From Candidatus Binatia bacterium (GTDB lineage Bacteria; Desulfobacterota; Binatia; Bin18): DNA of 64,000 nucleotides. The translations under genes and the position numbers were made by a program. The stretch is taken from positions 224,001-288,000 of the forward strand of contig CAXXHG010000043.1 of NCBI GenBank assembly GCA_963666315.2, read 5' to 3'. Of the stretch, positions 1-7,890 are shown in pieces. How positions within the stretch are numbered: the stretch's first letter is position 1; each line of letters opens with the position of its first letter. The notes under the pieces are model-generated. The model searched no databases and was not told the DNA's origin. It was given only the letters and a program-made list of their open reading frames with translations.

Positions 1-1
1 G

Positions 2-529
2 ATTTCGCCTGCCCCGGTCAATCTCACGTCGGTCCTACACGATGCGGGTGGCGCCCTCCAGGCCCTAGCAGAAACGTCGCATACCACCTTTGTTTTTAGC
101 GCCGCAGCCGATGTCTGGACGCGGGGAAGCGCAAGCATGCTGTTTCGACTCATTTTTAATCTGGGCGAAAACGCTATCAAATACACACCGGCTGGTGGCT
201 CGGTTGAGCTGACGCTTGAGCAGACTGAAGGAAGGGCAAGGCTGTCCGTCAAAGACACAGGGCCGGGTATTCCTCCTGAGGAGCAGCAACATATTTTTGA
301 TCGGTTTTATCGGGCTGATCCTGCTCGCAGTCGTGGCGGAACCGGCCTTGGGCTCGCCTTGGCCCGTTCGATTGTGCTCGCCCATGGCGGACAGATCAGT
401 GTCAACAGTATCCTCGGGAAGGGGAGCTGTTTCATGGTGCAGCTGCCGCTTATTCCCCAGGACACACTTCGTGCTGAACAAGACAGAGAGGGAGAAGGGC
501 AACGGGTTGAAGGAGAAACCGCAGAGTAG
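2..529 (+). CDS. Sensor histidine kinase, C-terminal HATPase_c domain (5' truncated by window edge)
   Basis: Frame open from position 2; N box (NLGENAIKYT), G1 (DTGPGI), F box (IFDRFYR), G2 (GGTGLGL). Confidence 0.9.
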   Translation: MSPAPVNLTSVLHDAGGALQALAETSHTTFVFSAAADVWTRGSASMLFRLIFNLGENAIKYTPAGGSVELTLEQTEGRARLSVKDTGPGIPPEEQQHIFDRFYRADPARSRGGTGLGLALARSIVLAHGGQISVNSILGKGSCFMVQLPLIPQDTLRAEQDREGEGQRVEGETAE

Positions 530-539
530 GGGGGCTCTC

Positions 540-1034
540 ATGCGATCTCGCAACGACGTTGTCTCATCCGGTCGTTCCGGCTTTTTCTGCCAGACTGTTC
601 TGGCGGTCTGTCTCTTGATGTTTCTCCTTGTGTTAGGAGTAGAGCAAGTCGAGAGCGACTCCCCTGTCCGCGTCCGGTTTTTCGGCAAACTCTATCTCGT
701 TCCCACTGGAGAGCCAGGCAGGCATGGCGATTTACTGGCGCTTAGGATTTCCCAGGAGGAGGAAGAGGAGCGCATTGTCTATCTTCAAGTCGAAGAATTT
801 CTCAGCCCTTCAAAAGCGCAGAGCGAGTTCTCGCTTCTCCGGGACATACGCGAGGTCAAACCTTATGTGCGTGTTATCAATGGCCGGCTGCTGATTCCTC
901 TACTCACAGAGGAGAACCTTCGGAAATCCATCATGGTCGGCGGTCTCTTCTATCGTTTGGCCGGCAGGCTCGCCATACTGACGGCCCACCTTGAAGAAGA
1001 AGAGCCCAGCTCCGAGCCAAAGCAGAAGAAATAG
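540..1034 (+). CDS. Hypothetical exported/membrane-anchored protein
   Basis: ATG at 540 after a G-rich RBS; N-terminal hydrophobic stretch; resembles the 30819..31259 product. Confidence 0.6.
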   Translation: MRSRNDVVSSGRSGFFCQTVLAVCLLMFLLVLGVEQVESDSPVRVRFFGKLYLVPTGEPGRHGDLLALRISQEEEEERIVYLQVEEFLSPSKAQSEFSLLRDIREVKPYVRVINGRLLIPLLTEENLRKSIMVGGLFYRLAGRLAILTAHLEEEEPSSEPKQKK

Positions 1035-1120
1035 CAGTACTACTGGTAAGCGGAGAGGCTGTTTGAGAATTCCGGGTGTGGTACAGTGCCGACGAAAAAC
1101 CGGACACAAAGGAGGTGAGC

Positions 1121-1627
1121 ATGGCGGTCAAACCAGGCTGGGAAGGGCGCTGCTACGAAGATTTTGAGATCGGCGATATCTATCGCTGCCGTTTGGGGCG
1201 GACGATCACAGAGACCGATAACACTTGGTTCACGCTATTGACCTGCAATACAAACCAGATTCACTTCAACACCGAATACGGAAAACAAACCGAGTTTGGG
1301 CAGTGTCTGATTAATAGCGGCTTAACGTTGGCCATTGTTGCCGGACTCGGGGTCGCTGATGTGAGCGAGAACGGCTTTAACTTAGGTTGGGATAATATCA
1401 CTTTACCCAATCCGGTCTTTGCCGGCGATACGCTCTATTCCGAGTCTGAGGTCATAGAGAAACGCGAGTCCAAATCAAAGCCGCAGTGGGGCATCATCAA
1501 GGTTGAAACACGCGGCATCAAGCAAGACGGCACTCTAGTGTGTCAGTACAAGCGGAACGTGATGGTGTGGAAAAAAGCCCATCTCCCCAAGCGTGACTTG
1601 TTTCCGCAGTTGAAGAAAGAAGCGTAG
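1121..1627 (+). CDS. MaoC family (hot-dog fold) dehydratase
   Basis: GGAGG RBS then MAVKPGWEGRCYEDFEIG; RTITETDN..FT; PVFAGDTLYSESEV. Confidence 0.85.
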   Translation: MAVKPGWEGRCYEDFEIGDIYRCRLGRTITETDNTWFTLLTCNTNQIHFNTEYGKQTEFGQCLINSGLTLAIVAGLGVADVSENGFNLGWDNITLPNPVFAGDTLYSESEVIEKRESKSKPQWGIIKVETRGIKQDGTLVCQYKRNVMVWKKAHLPKRDLFPQLKKEA

Positions 1628-1732
1628 AGAATCTGAACTCTTGGCTCACCTTCGGCCCCAGATTCCCGCCCCCGGCGGAGTCGGTCCCGTTGGGGCTGGT
1701 GTAAGGGCGGCGAGCGCGGGGGAGGGCTGCCA

Positions 1733-2389
1733 TTAGTCAGGCTTTGGAAATACCTCTCCGTGGCGATTCAACCAGGTCACTTCTTCGACCGGCCTGCGGG
1801 TCACTGGACCAAATTTTCCTTTTGGATAGCCTATCGGAATGAGCGCCTGGGTCGTGATGAAGTCGGGCAGGTCAAGAATTTTTCGCATCTTAGCCTCAGC
1901 CAGAGTTGTAATAGTTGTGAGCGAGGCACCTAATCCGAGTGCCCGGCAGGCTAGTAAAATATTCTGGACGGCAGGATAGATGCTGCCGCCCAGAATCCGC
2001 AGAAACGTGTCTCGATCAGGCCCTTCCAGGCGTTCTTGGTGACTCTTGCGCGATCGTAAGCAGGGAATAAGCAGCACCGGCGCCTCGGCCAGGTGTTCGG
2101 CAAGATAGGCAGCAGCGCCGACGTTCTTACTATTTTCCGGAGTAAGCCCTGCTTTGGCATAGGTCACTTCAGCAGCTCGCCAGCCACGCTGATAGAGTTC
2201 GGCAATCTGATCTTTTTGCTGTGCTTCGGTCACGACGACAAAACGCCACGCCTGCACTCCGCCCCCACTCGGCCCCTGCGTCCCGGCTTCAATGACTTTG
2301 TAAATAAGCGCTAACGGAACCGGATCGGGTTTGAGCCGGCGCATACTCCGGCAGCTGTACATAATGTCAAACAGATCGGTATCGGCCAT
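1733..2389 (-). CDS. Nitroreductase family protein
   Basis: RSMRRLKPDPVP, GPSGGGVQAWRFVVV, SIYPAVQNILLACRALGLG, IPIGYP; start taken at MADTDLF. Confidence 0.85.
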   Translation of the reverse strand: MADTDLFDIMYSCRSMRRLKPDPVPLALIYKVIEAGTQGPSGGGVQAWRFVVVTEAQQKDQIAELYQRGWRAAEVTYAKAGLTPENSKNVGAAAYLAEHLAEAPVLLIPCLRSRKSHQERLEGPDRDTFLRILGGSIYPAVQNILLACRALGLGASLTTITTLAEAKMRKILDLPDFITTQALIPIGYPKGKFGPVTRRPVEEVTWLNRHGEVFPKPD

Positions 2390-2492
2390 ACACAGTCCGT
2401 GCTCCTTTTCGTTTCGGCTGCGCCAAACATAACGGTTGTACGAGTACAGCACTAGGCAGCATGAGAGGGTGTTTGGAAAAGGGAGAAAACGT

Positions 2493-2566
2493 GTCATTGC
2501 GAGGAGCTAGAGGCGACGAAGCAATCTCTCGTCCCGCTCAGATTGCTTCGCTACGCTCGCAATGAC
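2493..2566. repeat. Palindromic REP/RPE-like intergenic element
   Basis: GTCATTGCGAG...CGAAGCAATCT-loop-AGATTGCTTCG...CTCGCAATGAC nested inverted repeat. Confidence 0.75.
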
Positions 2567-2647
2567 GTGTCCCGCGAGTCCAGATCGAGAGAAGTGGCCA
2601 TTGTTACTGCGTATATTCCCGACTCAAAGGAATGGAAATCCAATTGG

Positions 2648-2980
2648 TTAATCATTTATCGAGCGCTTTAGAATTTCAGACACCCATTGATTGATGCTTT
2701 TATTCGCGGCCGTTGCCTGAGCTAATATTTCGCTATGCAAACTCGGCGGAATTCTAAGATTGAATTTTCCCGAAAACTTCTTGGTTGGGGGTATACCCCT
2801 CTCTTCACACACCTCCAGGAGGACTTTTAGAGAATTCTTGAACTCCTTTCGATGGCTACTCGGACTTTTACCATAGATATCTGCACTTCCATTTAGCCCA
2901 AGAATCTCTCCCCGAAACTGATCGAGCTCTGGATCATATTCAATCTTCGCTTTGTAACCATCGATTTCCATCATATTCAT
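2648..2980 (-). CDS. hicB: HicB family antitoxin
   Basis: GYKAKIEYDPELDQFRGEILGLNG; C-terminal ribbon-helix-helix FSGKFNLRIPPSLH...SINQWV. Confidence 0.9.
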   Translation of the reverse strand: MNMMEIDGYKAKIEYDPELDQFRGEILGLNGSADIYGKSPSSHRKEFKNSLKVLLEVCEERGIPPTKKFSGKFNLRIPPSLHSEILAQATAANKSINQWVSEILKRSIND

Positions 2981-3231
2981 GGCTTCACCTCATATAGCTC
3001 TAAGAATTTGCGAATACTGGCAATTGCGCCTTTATCTGTATTGGGGGATGGATGTGGTCTATGAAATACGCGGACTTCACCGACAAGCACTACCGCAACC
3101 CGTGAGCCAGCGCGTTCTGAGACATTCGCACCTAGCGCTTTGAACAGAGATTCGATATCCGACCAGGGGATATTGCCGCTAGTTGGTCGTTTGTAGATTT
3201 ACTCTAGCGTTTTCTAATACTTGCGCCTCAT
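2977..3231 (-). pseudogene. hicA: HicA toxin pseudogene (two in-frame stops)
   Basis: Manual translation MRRKY*KTLE*IYKRPTSGNIPWSDIESLFKALGANVSERAGSRV...FHRPHPSPNTDKGAIASIRKFL; ATGA overlap with hicB. Confidence 0.85.
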
Positions 3232-3237
3232 TTATGA

Positions 3238-3260
3238 ATAGTACCATATAGTGATACTAT
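3238..3260. promoter_or_regulatory. Imperfect palindrome upstream of hicAB, probable autoregulatory operator
   Basis: ATAGTACCA-TATAG-TGATACTAT immediately 5' of the hicA start. Confidence 0.45.
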
Positions 3261-3341
3261 ATAAAGTCCAAGGCATATAACGCTTGGATAACCTGTTTTT
3301 AAATCGTAAATCGAGTCAAACTGAATGAAGGAGGGCCGTGT

Positions 3342-3911
3342 ATGACATCCCCAACGATTCGTGAAATTCCGGTTGAACCCGCAACCCCGGAGTCAGTTGC
3401 CCCATTCGGACAACTCCTCGGCGTCCACGATCAGGTCAAGCCGCTGCCGATTGGCTTCTACGAAGGCAAGGTGCGCGTGTATGCCCCGGTCGATTTTCAG
3501 TCTGATGAAGAGACCCAGCTGACCTTAGCTAGCGTTGATCGTCGCGATATGCAGGTGCAATACATGGAGCGCCATTTCAAGCACACCCAAACGTTTATTC
3601 CGCTTGAAGGAAAATCGTTTGTCGTCGTGCTGGCTCCTCCCAGCGAAGATGATATGCCGGATTTAGATCAGATGCGCGCGCTTCTGTTTGACGGCTCCTG
3701 CGGCTTTACTATGAAGATAGGCACCTGGCATGAGTTTCCGTTTGCTCTGATTGACCATTCGAATGTGATTGTGATCTTACGCCGTGAGACCACGCAGAAC
3801 TTGATGAAAGACCACGTTGTCGAAGGCGAGGCCCACGGTCCGGACCTGGATAAAAAGAATCTAGTCGCTCGGACTGGTGTGACGGTACAGGTGAAAATGC
3901 CGAACGCTTGA
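3342..3911 (+). CDS. Ureidoglycolate lyase family (cupin) protein
   Basis: EPATPESVAPFGQ, MERHFKHTQTFIPL, GTWHEFPF. Confidence 0.8.
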   Translation: MTSPTIREIPVEPATPESVAPFGQLLGVHDQVKPLPIGFYEGKVRVYAPVDFQSDEETQLTLASVDRRDMQVQYMERHFKHTQTFIPLEGKSFVVVLAPPSEDDMPDLDQMRALLFDGSCGFTMKIGTWHEFPFALIDHSNVIVILRRETTQNLMKDHVVEGEAHGPDLDKKNLVARTGVTVQVKMPNA

Positions 3912-3950
3912 GGTTGCAGTGAGAAGGCTCTTAGGGAAGTATGAGAAGGA

Positions 3951-4271
3951 ATGCAGCTAGACACAAACATCGCCGTTGCTCCAGAGCAAATTGAAGCGTT
4001 CTGCCAGCGATGGAAGATCACAGAGCTCTCCTTCTTTGGCTCTATTTTGAGAGACGACTTCCGGCCTGATAGTGATGTGGATGTCCTTGTGACTTTCTCC
4101 CCGGAGGCAGACTGGAGCCTCTTCGACCACCTTGGTATGGAAGAAGAATTCTCTACGATTCTTCATCGCAATATCGATCTCGTCAGCCGCCGAGCGATTG
4201 AACGAAGTACGAACTGGATTCGCCGTCGGGAGATCTTGGGGTCTGCGGAGCCGTATTATGTCGCGCGATGA
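3951..4271 (+). CDS. MNT-type nucleotidyltransferase antitoxin (MntA-like)
   Basis: FFGSILRDDFRPDSDVDVLV (GSx10DxD) motif; upstream of a HEPN gene. Confidence 0.9.
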   Translation: MQLDTNIAVAPEQIEAFCQRWKITELSFFGSILRDDFRPDSDVDVLVTFSPEADWSLFDHLGMEEEFSTILHRNIDLVSRRAIERSTNWIRRREILGSAEPYYVAR

Positions 4272-4703
4272 TGCGGCGCTCTTAGATATTGTAAAAGGCT
4301 GTCAGTTAGCGACTGATTTCAAGGGAGAGATTGACAAGAGAATTTTTCTTGATGATCTCAAAACCCAGTCGGCGATTCTCCACCTTAGATATTGTAAAAG
4401 GCTGTCAGTTAGCGACTGATTTCAAGGGAGAGATTGACAAGAGAATTTTTCTTGATGATCTCAAAACCCAGTCGGCGATTCTCCACCAACTGCTCCTGCT
4501 CGGCGAGGCAACGAAACGTTTGTCTCTGGAATTTCGGAGCGCTCACCCTGATATACCTTGGGGGCAAGATGGCTGGAATGCGGGATAAACTCATCCATGA
4601 CTACGATGAGGTAGACCTGGATGAAGTATGGAAGACGGTCGCCTCAGATATTCCTAAGCTCCTTACCGTCTTAGTCCCGTTAGTACCGCAAGAGAAACCG
4701 TAA
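4258..4703 (+). pseudogene. HEPN/DUF86 (HepT-like) toxin, disrupted
   Basis: MSRDDAALLDIV...SAILHQLLLLGEATKRLS...HPDIPW / KMAGMRDKLIHDYDEVDLDEVW (Rx4H); 103-bp tandem duplication and extra G at ~4560. Confidence 0.85.
4281..4487 (+). repeat. Exact 103-bp tandem duplication inside the HEPN gene
   Basis: CTTAGATATTGTAAAAGG...GATTCTCCACC starts at both 4281 and 4384. Confidence 0.95.
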
Positions 4704-5188
4704 ATGGGTCTTGCGTCCTGTATTCTTTCTTCGCCACCTGAATCAGCTTCCAGCCAGTAGCATAGCGATTTTCTTTCCTTCTCATTTCAGGCCTCAAAAG
4801 CCAGGTGGCGGTGAGGATTGCTGTTGGGAATCAGAACACAGCGCAGAAGGTCTTATTCAATCTCGCGTTTCTTTTCCTGCTGAGTTGTCCATCAAGCATA
4901 AAGTTACCTGCACGACGGTTTTCAACGGCGACTCACAACTCTGTTTGTTTTCCTCTCGTGCCGAGTTTGCTACGGAATGGGGCAAATTCTGAAGGACCCC
5001 GGTGCACGGTCGCCGACGGGTCGCCTAGCTACTGACAACTTACTCTAAAACGGGGGAAAGCGGTGAACAGTCGGCTCATACGCATGCTGGTTCTGACCTA
5101 TGGCTTGTTGCTCAGCCCCGCGCTGGGTGCGAAAGGGTCAAGGGAGAACAGAGTGGCGGTAGATGGTGTCCCGCTTACATTGCTGCCA

Positions 5189-6031
5189 CTATCCTGACGC
5201 TACTGTTTGATACAGACATCTCCAGCCAGATTGTGCTCCGTGGCAACGTAGAAACCGAGAGTGGTCATCGTTGTAGCCCTCGAAAAACGCGACGCCCGAA
5301 AAGAGGTACTTCGTGGGTGAGCCAGGAACAGCATGCCACAGCCCTCCTCCACTGCACCCCTCAAACGACTCGGGCTGTAACTCGGGCTGGCTGTAATCCA
5401 CGTGAGAAAAGATGACCTGGAGGTCACAATAATCAAATCCATCGCGCTCGAAGACAGAAGGCGTCGGGCCGGTCGCCCAGTTCAAGCGGGAAGTATAGAT
5501 CGCGGGAAACAAGCCCTGGGCTCGCTCCGTAACCAGCCCGCGTTGCCACGGGTAACCTGCCACGTACCACAAACCAACCTGTGGATCGGGCCATTGTCCC
5601 TCTTCAAACTCACGCATGCGTTCCTCGTCCATTCGGTAAAACGCGTGCCGAGATTTGATATAACCGATACGACTATCGTCGGGTAAGTCGATAAACGCAA
5701 GATCAGGTCCCTCCGAGTCTATTGTTCCTTTCACTCGGTAGTCAAATACCAGGGTGTCTCTCTTTAAGTGAAAAGATGACGTGGAACCCTGGAGGACAAA
5801 TCCTATCTTTGCATCCTCTTGTTCGTTGCGGAGCATGTCTGAGACGTGAGCTGCTGTGATAATCCCTCTGCGACCAGTAATAATTACGAAGACGCCTGAA
5901 CCTGACGCAATTATCTCCGTGTCGCCATCCCTTTGTCGGTAGCGAACAAATCCAACGGTGTAGTTTAGCAAATCGTCCTGAACTTGATGGAATGTCTGTC
6001 TCTGCATTGATCGATAGTGTAAGGCTGCCAT
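5189..6031 (-). CDS. Trypsin-like serine protease domain protein
   Basis: GSGVFV, ITAAHV (His), PDLAFI (Asp), EGCSGGGLW (Ser); start uncertain. Confidence 0.7.
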   Translation of the reverse strand: MAALHYRSMQRQTFHQVQDDLLNYTVGFVRYRQRDGDTEIIASGSGVFVIITGRRGIITAAHVSDMLRNEQEDAKIGFVLQGSTSSFHLKRDTLVFDYRVKGTIDSEGPDLAFIDLPDDSRIGYIKSRHAFYRMDEERMREFEEGQWPDPQVGLWYVAGYPWQRGLVTERAQGLFPAIYTSRLNWATGPTPSVFERDGFDYCDLQVIFSHVDYSQPELQPESFEGCSGGGLWHAVPGSPTKYLFSGVAFFEGYNDDHSRFLRCHGAQSGWRCLYQTVASG

Positions 6032-6295
6032 TGGTCGGTGGCACGGTCAAGGGATTCGTCACAACAAGTAGAAACTGGCATTACGATTGCGCACGGGCTC
6101 TTACCGAAGGCGAGATTGAGGAAGTAGTTAATACTGGTAGATACGTACTACAAACAGCCAAATGCGGCCTCTGGAACACAAGCTAGAAGATCCCGGAAAG
6201 TATCCTTACCCCAGGCAGATCAATCTTTTGAGTAGGCGGAATTGGAGGAAAAGCGTCAGACTCGTCTGACGGGGAGGTATGACTGAAATGCTCGA

Positions 6296-7729
6296 CTACA
6301 CAGAACTCAAAGACAAGGGCGGGCTTGAGCCCTGGCCGCCGCCATCGCCAATACTCGTCAGCGTCACATTCAGCCGCTCGGTGTACTCTTCAAGCAACTC
6401 TTGCAGCTGCCTGTGGAGAGTAATGTCGCGAATCGAGCCCGCCATCCGGGTCGGTTTTCCATCCGCAGCCCAAATACCTTGGGCTCGTGCGCTGAACCAA
6501 CGGTAGTCGTCGCTCTTCGTTCGCAACCGAAACTCCAGGTCAAACGGGACATTCTGTTCGAGGTGGTTGCGCAAGGCGAACATCACCCGGTCATGATCAT
6601 CCGGATGCAGAGCAGATTCCCACGAAGCGAACAGGTCGGGAAATTCGTGCTCCTGATATCCCAGGAGTTCCTTGTAGCGGGGGGCATAATACATCCGGTT
6701 GGACACAATGTCCCAGTCCCAGATACCTTCATCTGTCCCTCGGACGGCTAAAGCAATCCGTTCTTCACTGACCCGGACGGCCTCTGCTGCCCGCTTACGT
6801 TCCGTAATATCTTCAGTCGTGCCGACGTGGCCAAAAAGCGTACCGTCCTCCCGATACACAGGAGCGGTTCGAGAATGAACCCAGCGGATCGAACCGTCCG
6901 GCCGAAGCAGCTGAAACTCCCGCGAGAACTCGCGGCCTTCGCGTGCACACGCTTCCCATTCGGTCAGGACAGCTGCTCGTTCTTCCGGGACAATGCTCTG
7001 CGTCCAGTCGTCGCCTAGGCTGTCTTCTTTTGTACGTCCAGCGATCTCTAACCAACGTTGATTGATATACGTACACTTGCCGTCAGGATCGTTCTGAAAA
7101 ATTCCAATGGGGGAGGCCGCCGCAAGGGACTGATAGCGGCCCTCGCTCTGGCGGAGCGCTTCGTTACTTTCGATAAGAGCTCTCGTCCGTTCTTGAATTT
7201 GCTGCTCAATGTCCTGGCAGGCCTTTTGGAGGGTCTCTGCAGTATTTTTTTGCTCCGCAATGTCGGTAATCGTTCCGACATAGCCAACTACCGCGCCATC
7301 CTCTCCTCGCTCTGCTTCGGCCTGTCCCAGGACCCAAATAATCTCACCGGTAGTTCGCTGAAAGCGATATTCCTCACGAAATGGAGTGCGATCTTGTGAA
7401 GCCCGATTCCATGCAGAGAATATGCGCTCCTGATCTTCGTGGTATAGGGTCCGACCCCAGCCTTGACCCTGAGCTTCCTCAGCCGTGAGGCCGGTTATTT
7501 CGCTCCAGCGAGCATTGACATAGAGACAATGGCCCTGAAGATCCGTCCGGAAGATGCCTATAGGAGAGACTCTTGAGAGAATACGGAGCCACTTCTCATC
7601 TTCGAACGTGCTTATAGCCGCGGTTTCTTCCTGGCCGGCTACAGCCGCTAGGTGGGTAACACGTTGAGGCAACGCTCCCAGCTCGTCGAGGGGCTCCGAG
7701 CGGCCCTTCTCACCACCGCGCATACTCAT
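6296..7729 (-). pseudogene. Multi-PAS/PAC sensor protein truncated before any output domain
   Basis: Three PAS-PAC repeats (SPIGIF...DITE); breaks at TLTSIGDG, the start of a fourth PAS, then runs into unrelated sequence. Confidence 0.75.
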
Positions 7730-7890
7730 GCTCCATTATCTTTCGCACAGGGAGCCCAAGCCTGCGCATGCGGAAGTCCTCTCTCCACAGATAACGAGCA
7801 AGATTGGAAGTTGGATAAGTAGTAGGACAATTATAGCGCTGAGCGACCTGATCCGTAAAGATTTCTCATTATTAGAGAAATGGACGAAAT

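Noticed and set aside
4281-4487. CRISPR array or IS target-site duplication
   Set aside because: Only two abutting copies of coding sequence, with no spacers, cas genes or transposase.
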